Assembly: GCA_040751795.1 (NCBI GenBank)
Contig: JBFMHR010000003.1
Coordinates: forward strand, 32,001-96,000
Source of the DNA: Thermoplasmatota archaeon
GTDB lineage: Archaea > Thermoplasmatota > Thermoplasmata > UBA10834
Direction: 5' to 3'
Length of the DNA: 64,000 nt
In this document: positions 1-8,817 of the stretch, one piece after another
How positions within the stretch are numbered: the first letter of the stretch is position 1
Layout: every line of letters begins with the position of its first letter
Program-made: the position numbers and the translations under genes
Notes under the pieces: model-generated
Seen by the model: the letters and a program-made list of their open reading frames with translations, nothing else
Database searches by the model: none
Told to the model about the DNA's origin: nothing

Positions 1-707
1 CTGTACCCCTCCTTCTGCGAGAAGACCTTGGCGACGTGCAGGCTGGTGCCGTACCTCTCGTTGGTCTCGACCATCACCCTGTTCGGGGCTAGGTCCTCCA
101 GGGATATGAGCGCCCTCTCGGTGCCGCCGATGATGAAGTAGCCGCCCGGGTCGCAGAGGTCCTCGCCCATGTCGACCAGGAACTTGTCGGCCTCCTCGGG
201 CGTCGGCTCCCGGTCTATCTCGATGTTGTCCTTGTGCAGGTTGCACTTCTTGGACTTGACCATCACGGGCAGGTCGCCGATGTGGACCTTCTCGGGCTCC
301 CTCTCGATGCCGTCCTCCAGTATGGTGAACTCGAGCATGATGGGGGCGGAGTAGTTGAGGTTCCTCAGCCTGGCCTCCATGGGGTAGAGGTCGTGGGTGG
401 CGCCGTTGGCCTCCTTGATGACCGGCCTCCCGACGTTTATCGTCGGCCTGGCCGACGGGTCGATGAGACCTGTCTTCTCGTCCCTCTTCCGGCCGATCCT
501 GATCTCGATGATCTTCCCCTCGGTCCTGTCGGGGTCGAGCCGGATTATGCCCCTGTCGCTCTCGTCAGGGGACGCGCGGACGTTGTCCACGATCTTCTGC
601 ATCCTGCTGTTCGGGTGGTCTATGGTCGGCAGGAAGTCGTTGTACGACGCTATGTGGTGGTTGACGATGCTCCGCTCTCGGAAATAGGTTTCCACAAGTT
701 CCCTCAA
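1..707 (-). CDS. rpoB: DNA-directed RNA polymerase subunit B (Rpo2), 5' part; runs off window start
   Basis: Manual translation from TTG at 707: LRELVETYFRERSIVNHHIASYNDF...DPGGYFIIGGTER. GGGGTGA SD upstream; directly downstream of rpoH. Confidence 0.93.
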   Translation of the reverse strand, partial: MRELVETYFRERSIVNHHIASYNDFLPTIDHPNSRMQKIVDNVRASPDESDRGIIRLDPDRTEGKIIEIRIGRKRDEKTGLIDPSARPTINVGRPVIKEANGATHDLYPMEARLRNLNYSAPIMLEFTILEDGIEREPEKVHIGDLPVMVKSKKCNLHKDNIEIDREPTPEEADKFLVDMGEDLCDPGGYFIIGGTERALISLEDLAPNRVMVETNERYGTSLHVAKVFSQKEGY

Positions 708-711
708 GGGT

Positions 712-969
712 TCACCCCCGCACTACCAGCCGGTAGCTGGTCGATACGCCGCTGGTCCGGCTGCGCCTCACGATCTTGACTACCATTCCCTCTTCGACTG
801 GGCCCGATATCGCGTCCAGCGCGCGAATGCACGGGTCCGAGATCCTGATCTTCGGAAGCTGGTCCTTCGTCAGCTTCAGGTCGTTCAGGACCTTCTCGGC
901 CTCCTTCTCCGACAGGAGATGATGCTCGGGCACGAGCTCATGCTCCAGAACGTTAAATTCTCCGGCCAT
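712..969 (-). CDS. rpoH: RNA polymerase subunit H (Rpo5)
   Basis: HELVPEH...QLPKI..SDP...VKIVRRS.TSG...YRLVV signature. Confidence 0.97.
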   Translation of the reverse strand: MAGEFNVLEHELVPEHHLLSEKEAEKVLNDLKLTKDQLPKIRISDPCIRALDAISGPVEEGMVVKIVRRSRTSGVSTSYRLVVRG

Positions 970-1049
970 CTAGATCACCGCACGAGCGCTAGGATGTCCA
1001 ACTGGTCGACTCTCCCCCGTTTCTCCCACTGACCGATCCCGACGCCCGG

Positions 1050-1194
1050 CGGGCCCGCGGGGATTTCCGAGACTAGTCTGTGAGGCATAGTCATTCGAAC
1101 CCCGGGCCACCTGCTTAAAAGGCAGATGCTCTTTCTAGGGAAACCGATACATCGAGAATGCATGAGATTTCCTACCTAGCTGAGCTACGGGCCC
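1050..1194 (-). tRNA. tRNA-Lys(UUU) with two introns (1133-1173 at position 20/21; 1064-1093 at position 59/60)
   Basis: Removing both introns gives a complete cloverleaf: GGGCCCG TA GCTC AGCTAGGTA GAGC A TCTGC CT TTT AA GCAGG TGGCC CGGGG TTCGAAT CCCCG CGGGCCC G. Both junctions form bulge-helix-bulge-type motifs. Confidence 0.93.
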
Positions 1195-1361
1195 TGGGCG
1201 GCGTGGATACCCTAGGCTGCGTTAGCAGGCCGTGTAGTCTCTTCGAGTATTTAATGACTCCTTTCAATCCACCCCTTTCCCACCGGAGGGGGCGTTGTCC
1301 GTGTTTTTTAGGGCCGAATTGAATATAATTACGGTAATAAATCATCGGTTCTCAGCAACTG

Positions 1362-1871
1362 TTATGAAGGTTTCCCATGCGACCTCGTGTCATGCCGACC
1401 GGCCTGACCCTCCCGCCCCGCCGCCGATGAGAGCACCTCCCTGACGTATGCCCGGACCATGTCCTCCCAGCGCGGGGAGAGCGGCCCCCTGATGGAGACC
1501 ACCCCCACCTTCAGCACGGGCGTGTGGACCCTGACGCCCCTCGAGCGCGCGATGTCGTGCATCTTCGCGGCGGCGCTCGCGCCGTCCTCGTCGATGATCC
1601 CCTGCATCCCGGTGTCGAACGCCGCGACGCTCCTCCCGCCCCAAGCCTCGGGGTCGAGGCGGCTCACCACCTTCCTCATCCTGCCCGTCATCGTCCCGAG
1701 CCTCGTGGGCGATCCCAGGAAGAGGATGTCCCCCGTGACGGGGCGCCTGAGCGCGTCCTTCGCCCTCACGACCTCCGCGGAGTGGCCCTCCTCCTCGAGG
1801 ACCTGAGCGAGCATCCTTGCGACGAGCTCCGTGTTGCCGTAGACGCTGTCGTAGACTATGGTCCCCTTCGT
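1362..1871 (-). CDS. Flavodoxin-like protein; probable ACG start
   Basis: KGTIVYDSVYGNTE..A FMN-binding loop, LGSPT, AAFDT. No ATG/GTG/TTG near the domain start; ACG at 1871 follows a GAGGGGG SD. Confidence 0.8.
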   Translation of the reverse strand, partial: TKGTIVYDSVYGNTELVARMLAQVLEEEGHSAEVVRAKDALRRPVTGDILFLGSPTRLGTMTGRMRKVVSRLDPEAWGGRSVAAFDTGMQGIIDEDGASAAAKMHDIARSRGVRVHTPVLKVGVVSIRGPLSPRWEDMVRAYVREVLSSAAGREGQAGRHDTRSHGKPS

Positions 1872-1945
1872 CGCGGCCCCCCTCGGCCATGGTGCTATAG
1901 GATTATATACAGATAGGCTATTCCTCAGCCCCGAGGTAGGAGAAT

Positions 1946-2116
1946 TTGGAAGGCCAGGAGAAGGTCTGCTCCTCATGCGGCATCCGTCTCGTCAGGAAGA
2001 CGGAGACCACGTTCCGGTGCCCGAAGTGCGGGCAGGCCGAGATCGGACGGTGCATGAACTGCAGGGATCAGAGCGTGCACTACAGGTGCCCCGCGTGCGG
2101 GTTCGTCGGCCCGTGA
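1946..2116 (+). CDS. Small Zn-ribbon protein (HVO_2753/DUF1610 type), 56 aa; not in ORF track
   Basis: TTG start; [24 protein letters not shown]. Conserved position upstream of aEF-1beta. Confidence 0.88.
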   Translation: MEGQEKVCSSCGIRLVRKTETTFRCPKCGQAEIGRCMNCRDQSVHYRCPACGFVGP

Positions 2117-2126
2117 GGTGTTTTCC

Positions 2127-2393
2127 ATGGGAGAGGTCGGCCTCCAATACAGGGTCCTGCCCGAAGGGCTCGAAGTGGACCTAGACAAGCTCGAGAAGGA
2201 TATCAGGGCGAAGCTGCCTGCGGGCGCGGTCCTCAAGGCGGCGGAGAAGAGGCCCGTCGCGTTCGGGCTCAAGGCGCTGCACGTGCTCATAGTCCTCGAC
2301 GACAAGAAGGGCGGGGCGGAGCAGGTCGAGTCGGCCATAGCCGAGGTGCCCGGCGTGCAGAGCGTCGAGATAGTCGAGATGGGGCTGCTCTGA
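2127..2393 (+). CDS. ef1b: Translation elongation factor aEF-1beta
   Basis: MGEV...RVLPEG.EVDLD.L...PVAFGLKAL...VQSVEI; GAGGTG SD. Confidence 0.95.
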   Translation: MGEVGLQYRVLPEGLEVDLDKLEKDIRAKLPAGAVLKAAEKRPVAFGLKALHVLIVLDDKKGGAEQVESAIAEVPGVQSVEIVEMGLL

Positions 2394-2411
2394 GGGGCCG
2401 CCCGTTCCGCA

Positions 2412-3023
2412 TCACTTCTTCTTAGGCTTGGCCTTGGAGGCCGGCGAGGCGTAGGACCTCAGTATGTCCCTGAGCTCCCCCTGCAGCCTGACGCTCTGGG
2501 CGTAGTGCTCGTCGTCCTGGGAGAGGAGGTGGGCGAACTCCGTCATGGACTGCTTGGTGAGGAAGGGCACGTCCCCCATCTCGCCGATCTTGTCCGACCA
2601 CTCGTGGGTCTTGCAGCAGCTCTCGATGTCCTTGACCAGCTTCGCGACCTTGGCGACGGCATCCGTCTCGGGGTTGAGCAGGAGCCCGAGCTTGGCGAGC
2701 CCCTCGAGGGTGGCCTTGGCCTGCTCCTCGTAGGTCTGCTTCCGGGCGGCCTCGCCGTGGGCGAGCATGAACATCTCCGCGGCGGACCTGTAGTACGTCT
2801 CTATGAAGTGGCCGACGCGCTCCTCGCGGGCGACCTCGACCATGCCCGCGGCCTTCATCTTCCTGATGTGGTGGTAGATCGCCTGAGCGGTGAGGCCCAT
2901 CTCGGACGCTATCTGGCTGACGGTCATCTCCTTGACCCTGAGGAGGTAGATCACCTTCCTCCGGGTCTCATCGGCCAGCAGCTCGAACGCCTTGGGGTCC
3001 TTGATGGTCTTGATGCTCTTCAG
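2412..3023 (-). CDS. ArsR-like winged-helix transcriptional regulator; probable CTG start
   Basis: KSIKTIKDPKAFELLADETRRKVIYLL..EMTVSQIA..QAIYHHIRKM. An in-frame TGA lies 3 codons upstream of CTG 3023; GGTGA SD 6 nt before it. Confidence 0.85.
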   Translation of the reverse strand: MKSIKTIKDPKAFELLADETRRKVIYLLRVKEMTVSQIASEMGLTAQAIYHHIRKMKAAGMVEVAREERVGHFIETYYRSAAEMFMLAHGEAARKQTYEEQAKATLEGLAKLGLLLNPETDAVAKVAKLVKDIESCCKTHEWSDKIGEMGDVPFLTKQSMTEFAHLLSQDDEHYAQSVRLQGELRDILRSYASPASKAKPKKK

Positions 3024-3206
3024 GACTAATCACCGTTAAAACATATTGTATCGCTGTAATATAATGCTTTTCGCACTAACATGTCGTTTTCCGTACTATC
3101 ACAACCATGTTGCTGATTAAAACGATGGTTTTATTAGGTAAATCTGCTATTAGCACCATGACAAGGAGCTGAGCGAGGTGTACGCGAAGAACACCGCAGG
3201 AGTCCC

Positions 3207-3584
3207 ATGGGCTCGGACGTATCGGGTGCGACCAGTCGCGCTCTCTGGGATCTGGATGAAGGCAGAGATAGCCTCGAGGGGGCGCGCGATATGAGCCTGG
3301 GGCACCACGTACTCCCCTCCGCCAGGAGGGTCGACGCCGAGGTCAGGCGGTACGTCCGGTCAGAGTACGGGGAGAGGGACCCGTGCTGGTTCTCCTCCGC
3401 ATGCGCCGGTGGCCCGCCCAAGGGGTGGGCCGCGGAGCGTGCGGCGGCGGGGGCTGTTGCGCCCCTCGCCATGCGCGGCGACAATGCCCGCGCGGAGCGC
3501 TGCTGCCCTGTCCTGAACGCTCTGGGCGACAACCGGCTCACCAAGGGGCTGGCCTCGAGGGGTGGGGTAGCTGGAGAGCCTTGA
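3207..3584 (+). CDS. Hypothetical protein (Cys-containing)
   Basis: ATG with GGAG SD downstream of an AT-rich promoter-like region; no recognisable motif. Confidence 0.45.
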   Translation: MGSDVSGATSRALWDLDEGRDSLEGARDMSLGHHVLPSARRVDAEVRRYVRSEYGERDPCWFSSACAGGPPKGWAAERAAAGAVAPLAMRGDNARAERCCPVLNALGDNRLTKGLASRGGVAGEP

Positions 3585-3690
3585 GGAGCAGGGCACGCGG
3601 ACGTGCAGCTACTGCGGCAGGAGCTGCGACTGCGGCTCCGCCCAGTGCCCCAAGTGCGGCAACGTCTTCCGCAAGGAGCGGAAGGGGTAG
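3571..3690 (+). CDS. Small zinc-ribbon protein, 39 aa; probable CTG start; not in ORF track
   Basis: LESLEEQGTRTCSYCGRSCDCGSAQCPKCGNVFRKERKG*: two CxxC knuckles. Confidence 0.6.
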   Translation: MESLEEQGTRTCSYCGRSCDCGSAQCPKCGNVFRKERKG

Positions 3691-3865
3691 CCGTGCAGAC
3701 CTGACGATCACCTGCCCCGGGCGCCACACACCTCTCTCATTCTGACGCGAACCCCCGAAACCGCGAAGGACGGCGCCCGGGGCCAAACCGCCCCGCCCAT
3801 CGATGATGTCCAGAATAAGGTAGCAAGAGGTTTTCGGAAGGGGTTTATGACCCGGACCGGCCGGC

Positions 3866-5266
3866 TCACGCCTTCGGCGGGGGCTTGATGAAGCCGCCCT
3901 TCATCAGGTACTTGGTCTGGTCCCTGGCCCTCTTGATGATCGCCGAGGCCGTGTCGTAGAGCTCCTGCCTGCTCTTCTTGACCCTCGCCAGGCCCTCGTT
4001 GACCGCGGCCGTGCCCACCGCGGCGGCCTCCCTCGGGAAGACCTCCCACTCGTCCATCGTCGGGACGATGTAGTCCTCCCTCAGGCCGTTGTCCTCCGCG
4101 GTCTTGGCGATCTCCAGGACCGCCGCCAGGCACATGGTGTCGGAGATGGTCTTGGCCTTGACGTCCAGGGTACCCCTGAATATGCCGGGGAACCCGAGCG
4201 AGTTGTTGACCTGGTTCGGGAAGTCGGACCTCCCGGTCGCGACTATCCTCGCGCCGGCCTCCTTCGCCTCCCACGGCCATATCTCGGGGATGGGGTTCGC
4301 GGTGGCGAACACGATGGAGTCGTCGGCCATGCCCTTGATCCACTCGGGCTTGACCGTCCCGGGGCCCGGCTTGGACGCGGCGACGACGATGTCGGCGCCC
4401 TTCATCGCGTCGGCCGGCGTCCCGACGACGCCCTCCTTGTTGGAGTGCTCGCACATGAACCACTTCTCCTTGTACTCGGCCTTGGTGTCCAGCCTGCCGG
4501 AGTGGAGGGTGCCCTTCGAGTCGCACATGATCATGTTGCCCCACTTGAAGCCGGAGACCTGCATGATCCTGGATATGGCGATGTTCGCGGCGCCCGCGCC
4601 GATGAACACGGCCTTCATCTCCGACGGCTTCTTCCCGACCATCTTCGCGGCGTTCACGGCGCCCGCGGCGACGATCGTGCCGGTGCCCTGCTGGTCGTCG
4701 TGCCAGACGGGGATCTCGCACTCGGCCCTCAGGCGCTCGAGTATGTAGAAGCACTTGGGCTGGGAGATGTCCTCGAGGTTGACGCCCCCGAGCGACGGCT
4801 GCAGCACCTTGACCGTCTCGATGATCTTCTCCGGGTCCTTCGTCCCGAGGCAGATCGGGTACGCGTCCACGCCGCCCAGGTACTTGAACAGGAGCGACTT
4901 GCCCTCCATGACGGGCATGCCCGCCTCGGGGCCGATGTCGCCCAGGCCCAGGACCCTGGTGCCGTCGGATATCACACCGACCGTGTTCCACCTGTTGGTG
5001 TGCACGTACGACAGGTCCTTGTTCTTGTTGATCGCCTTGCACGGCTCGGCCACGCCGGGCGTGTACCAGATCGCGAAGTCGTTGAAGTCCCTCACGGCGC
5101 ACTTGGGGACGACCTCGATCTTCCCCTCGTAGAACGGGTGGTAGACCATGGCGAGCCTCGCGGGCTCGTACGCCTTCTTCAGGAGCTCCTCGACCGACGC
5201 CGGCTTGGCGGCTGGCGCGGCCTTGGGCTCGGCCTTCTTCTTAGCAGCCTTCGTTTCCTTTGCCAT
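3866..5266 (-). CDS. NAD(P)-dependent malic enzyme
   Basis: YTPGVA, VISDGTRVLGLGDIG, MEGK, NLEDI, HDDQQGT, GAGAA, ATGRSDFPNQVNN. Confidence 0.96.
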   Translation of the reverse strand: MAKETKAAKKKAEPKAAPAAKPASVEELLKKAYEPARLAMVYHPFYEGKIEVVPKCAVRDFNDFAIWYTPGVAEPCKAINKNKDLSYVHTNRWNTVGVISDGTRVLGLGDIGPEAGMPVMEGKSLLFKYLGGVDAYPICLGTKDPEKIIETVKVLQPSLGGVNLEDISQPKCFYILERLRAECEIPVWHDDQQGTGTIVAAGAVNAAKMVGKKPSEMKAVFIGAGAANIAISRIMQVSGFKWGNMIMCDSKGTLHSGRLDTKAEYKEKWFMCEHSNKEGVVGTPADAMKGADIVVAASKPGPGTVKPEWIKGMADDSIVFATANPIPEIWPWEAKEAGARIVATGRSDFPNQVNNSLGFPGIFRGTLDVKAKTISDTMCLAAVLEIAKTAEDNGLREDYIVPTMDEWEVFPREAAAVGTAAVNEGLARVKKSRQELYDTASAIIKRARDQTKYLMKGGFIKPPPKA

Positions 5267-5488
5267 TCGATTCAACCCCTCTGTATCCGCATCATCGTCG
5301 AAACTCGTTGGTCAAGCTTACACGTTCGCGCAACGGCGACGGCGGTTTGTTGCGCTTCTTGCTACCAGCACAGGATAATTTCGACGGATTAATAGGTTGT
5401 TATCGTACCTTCCCGCTCAGAGGCGGGTCCGCCAGACGTCCCTCCGAGAACTGAACATATTATGAGGGCAAATCGATTCGGAACGGAC

Positions 5489-7114
5489 ATGAGGGTAGTG
5501 CTCCTCGACGGATACACGGACGAGCCCGCCTGCCTCGGCGTGCCCCCCTACGTCTCGCCCTACGTCAGGCTCTGCTACGGCGCGGCGAAGGACGCCGGCG
5601 CGGAGGTCCGCTACCTGACGGTCGACCAGTGGAGGGCGGACCCTGGCTCCCTCCCATCCGGGGACCTCCTGGCCGTGGTCAGGAATGTGGCGGTCCCGGG
5701 CAAGTACATCAGGGGCATGCCCGCGAGCGACAGGGAGCTCGCCGCGGTATGCGGCGCGTTCGACGGCCCCAGGGTCGCCAGCCTGGGGGTGGGCCCCGGG
5801 CAGGCGCCCGAGGCGTTGGTGGACTCGTTCGACATGATAGTCGAGGGGGACCTGGACGCGGCGGTGCACGGCGCGGTCGCCGAGAAGGCCCTCGAGGACC
5901 GCAGGAGGACCGCCGCCGAGTGGAACTCGTGGCTGGTGAAGGGGGCCGCGCTCTGCGCGGAGCACCCCGACATATGGGGGCCCCTCACCGCCGAGGTGCA
6001 GACATACCGCGGCTGCGTCAGGTACATCTCGGGAGGGTGCAGCTTCTGCGTCGAGCCGCTGTACGGACGGGTCGACTTCAGGGAGGCGCGGGACATCGCC
6101 GAGGAGGTCCGCGCGCTCGCCCGCGCGGGCGTGCGCAACTTCAGGCTGGGCGCGCAGTCGTGCGTGTACTGCTACGGCTCGAAGGAGGTCGGGTCCTCGG
6201 AGACCCCGAGGCCGGACCCCGGGGCGGTGGAGTCGCTCCTCAGGGGCGTCGCGGAGGCCGCGAGGCCGGAGGTGCTACACCTCGACAACGCCAACCCCGC
6301 GGTCATCGCGGAGCACCCGGAGGAGGCGCGGGAGGTCACGAAGGCGATAGCCGAGCACTGCACCAGCGGGAACGTCCTCGCCTTCGGGCTGGAGTCGGCC
6401 GACCCCGCGGTGGCGAGGGCCAACAACCTCAACTCCACGCCGGAGCAGACGCTGGAGGCGGTCAGGCTGGTCAACGAGGTCGGGGGGCGGCCGGGCCCGA
6501 CCGGGCTGCCGGCGGTGCTCCCCGGCATCAACCTGCTCTGCGGGCTCCTCGGGGAGACCAAGGGCACCTACGACCTCGACCTCCAGTTCCTGAAACGCGT
6601 CCTCGACGAGGGGCTCCTTCTCAGGAGGATCAACATAAGGCAGGTCGTCCCGTCGCGGCAGGAGTTCCCCGGCGTGAGGCACAGGGACGCCTTCGCCTCT
6701 CTCAAGAGGCGTGTCAGGGAGGAGGTCGACCTGCCCATGCTCTCCAAGGTCGCGCCCGACGGGGCCGTTCTGAGTGGCGTGTACACGGAGCTCAGGGAGG
6801 GCGGGAGGACCTTCGGCAGGCAGGCCGGGAGCTACCCGCTGCTGGTGGGCCTCCCCTACCCGTTCGAGGTGGGGAGGAAGGTGGACGTCTGGGTGAACGG
6901 GCGCGGGCCGAGGAGCGTCGGCGGCCTCGTGCACCCCACCGACGCGAACACCGCCACCCTGTCGATGCTCGGCGCCGTGCCCGGCATAGGCAAGAAGAGG
7001 GCCATGGCCATCGTGCGCAGGAGGCCGTTCGGGGGCGAGGAGGAGCTGTGGGCGCTGTTCGACGAGCCCGTGGCCCTCGAGTCGGCGAGGCGCCACCTCA
7101 AGGTCGGGACGTAG
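5489..7114 (+). CDS. Archaeal radical SAM protein with C-terminal TRAM-like and helix-hairpin-helix domains (COG1031-like)
   Basis: DGYTDEPACLGVPPY N-terminus, RGC.{7}CSFC cluster motif, GLESAD, VPGIGKKRA HhH. Confidence 0.85.
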   Translation: MRVVLLDGYTDEPACLGVPPYVSPYVRLCYGAAKDAGAEVRYLTVDQWRADPGSLPSGDLLAVVRNVAVPGKYIRGMPASDRELAAVCGAFDGPRVASLGVGPGQAPEALVDSFDMIVEGDLDAAVHGAVAEKALEDRRRTAAEWNSWLVKGAALCAEHPDIWGPLTAEVQTYRGCVRYISGGCSFCVEPLYGRVDFREARDIAEEVRALARAGVRNFRLGAQSCVYCYGSKEVGSSETPRPDPGAVESLLRGVAEAARPEVLHLDNANPAVIAEHPEEAREVTKAIAEHCTSGNVLAFGLESADPAVARANNLNSTPEQTLEAVRLVNEVGGRPGPTGLPAVLPGINLLCGLLGETKGTYDLDLQFLKRVLDEGLLLRRINIRQVVPSRQEFPGVRHRDAFASLKRRVREEVDLPMLSKVAPDGAVLSGVYTELREGGRTFGRQAGSYPLLVGLPYPFEVGRKVDVWVNGRGPRSVGGLVHPTDANTATLSMLGAVPGIGKKRAMAIVRRRPFGGEEELWALFDEPVALESARRHLKVGT

Positions 7115-7176
7115 CCCCACTGCAACAGTCACATTATAGTAATGAGCACCCGATTCGAGTCGGGGAGTCGAAGAGC

Positions 7177-8208
7177 GTGGACGTCCGGAGAGCCGCGAAG
7201 TACCCGTTCCTGAAGGATGCGTCGGCCTACCTGAAGGAGTCCGGGATCACCCTGGACAGCCTGACCAACAGCGTCGCCTACCAGCGGGCGCGCTTCATGG
7301 GGAAGGAGAGGGTGATGGAGGCGGTCGACGGCGGCATCATAGACGACCACCCCATGGCCTCCGCGGGGGACGCCAACAACGAACTGCTGAGCTACCCCGT
7401 CGCGAGGATGATCGTGTCGGCCGTCGCCGACCCGATGCTGGTTAACAGGTACGCCATCGCCGAGGCGAAGAAGGCGGACGAGAGGCTCAGGGGCGAGGAG
7501 CTCCCCTTCATAAAGGCCGTCGCTGAGGAGCTGGGGCTCGACGTGGCCGTGGAGGACGGGGCCATCTCGGTGGACTTCGCCGCCTTCCTGCGCTTCACCG
7601 CGACCATGCGCAGCAAGGACTGGAAGCTCGTGAACCAGCAGGTCGTGGGCGGGAGAGTCGTGGTGACGAAGCACAGGCTGGTCAGGCTGATCCAGCAGAT
7701 GCTCACGGACAAGATATCCTCCGAGCTGCCGCTGCCCGTGAACGACGGCATAATGCAGGCCTTCTCCGCGGACATCGCCGAGATCGGCGGGATCATGGCC
7801 GAGAAGAGGGCGGAGTTCAAGGCCAGGAGCATGGGGAGGGTCTCGATAATCAGGTTCCCCCCGTGCATGAAGAAGATGCTCAAGATGATCCAGGGCGGCG
7901 AGAACCTGCCCCACTCCGGGAGGTTCGCCCTCGTGTCGTTCCTCCACAAGCTCGGCATGAACTCCGACGAGGTGCTCGAGACATTCTCCTCGGCCCCGGA
8001 CTTCGACGAGAGCAAGTCCAGGTACCAGATCCAGCACATAACCGGGGAGATCTCAGGGACGGAGTACACGCCCCCTGAGTGCTCGACCATGAAGAGCTAC
8101 GGGATATGCTTCGACCCCGACTCGCTATGCAAGCAGGAGTGGATGACCCACCCGCTCACCTACTACAAGGCCAAGGGGAGACGGTTCAAGAGACCGTCAG
8201 GGAAGTGA
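7177..8208 (+). CDS. priL: DNA primase large subunit
   Basis: AKYPFL, LSYPVAR, FPPCM, NLPHSGRF, YTPPEC..C..C Fe-S Cys, HPLTYY; GTG start. Confidence 0.95.
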   Translation: MDVRRAAKYPFLKDASAYLKESGITLDSLTNSVAYQRARFMGKERVMEAVDGGIIDDHPMASAGDANNELLSYPVARMIVSAVADPMLVNRYAIAEAKKADERLRGEELPFIKAVAEELGLDVAVEDGAISVDFAAFLRFTATMRSKDWKLVNQQVVGGRVVVTKHRLVRLIQQMLTDKISSELPLPVNDGIMQAFSADIAEIGGIMAEKRAEFKARSMGRVSIIRFPPCMKKMLKMIQGGENLPHSGRFALVSFLHKLGMNSDEVLETFSSAPDFDESKSRYQIQHITGEISGTEYTPPECSTMKSYGICFDPDSLCKQEWMTHPLTYYKAKGRRFKRPSGK

Positions 8209-8817
8209 CTTCCAGATCATGTGGGCGCGCTGGACCGCGGTGACGTTCCCCGCGACCCCGAACCATATCATCATCCACCCGATGAGCGAGGAGTCGAACA
8301 GGTCGGTCGCCTCGGACACGCCGAGGGAGACCAGCACGTACTGGACAATGGGCACGACGATCAGGAGGACCAGCCTGTCCGCCCTCCCGAGGATGCCCCT
8401 GTACTCGCGCCTCAGGCCCAGCGCCTGCGCCTGCGTGCCCATGTAGCTGGCGAGCATCACGCCTATGACCGCGAAGAGTCCGGTGAAGAGAGAGCAGTAG
8501 GGGCTCAGCGCTATGCCCGCGAGTATGAAGACGTCCGCGTACCTGTCGATGACGTGGTCCACGAAGTCGCCGCGCTTCGACTCCTTGGCGGCGAGCCGCG
8601 CGACCTTCCCGTCCAGGGCGTCGAGCAGGCCGTTCATGCCCACCATCGCGGCCGCGAGCAGCAGGAAGTGCTCCGGCTCCCACGTGAAGAACAGGCCGGC
8701 GAGGAACGCGAAGAGCAGCGAGGCGACGGAGAGGTGGTGGGGGTTGATCCTCGCGAGCCGCCTGGCCGCGGGCGAGAGTATCTTGTCGGCCTCGCCCCTG
8801 TAGCTCTCTAGAACCAG
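8197..8817 (-). CDS. CDP-alcohol phosphatidyltransferase (archaetidylinositol-phosphate synthase-like); probable CTG start
   Basis: DALDGKVAR...GDFVDHVIDRYAD motif. N-terminus (M)VLESYRGEADKIL starts at CTG 8817 with GGAGGT SD and overlaps the kinase stop. Confidence 0.9.
   Translation of the reverse strand: MVLESYRGEADKILSPAARRLARINPHHLSVASLLFAFLAGLFFTWEPEHFLLLAAAMVGMNGLLDALDGKVARLAAKESKRGDFVDHVIDRYADVFILAGIALSPYCSLFTGLFAVIGVMLASYMGTQAQALGLRREYRGILGRADRLVLLIVVPIVQYVLVSLGVSEATDLFDSSLIGWMMIWFGVAGNVTAVQRAHMIWKSLP

Noticed and set aside
975-1163. 62-aa ORF upstream of rpoH
   Set aside because: It overlaps the intron-containing tRNA-Lys and has no protein-like features.
5629-8208. 859-aa ORF suggesting a giant primase fusion
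   Set aside because: The N-terminal ~515 aa are a low-complexity shadow frame over the radical SAM gene; PriL begins at GTG 7177.
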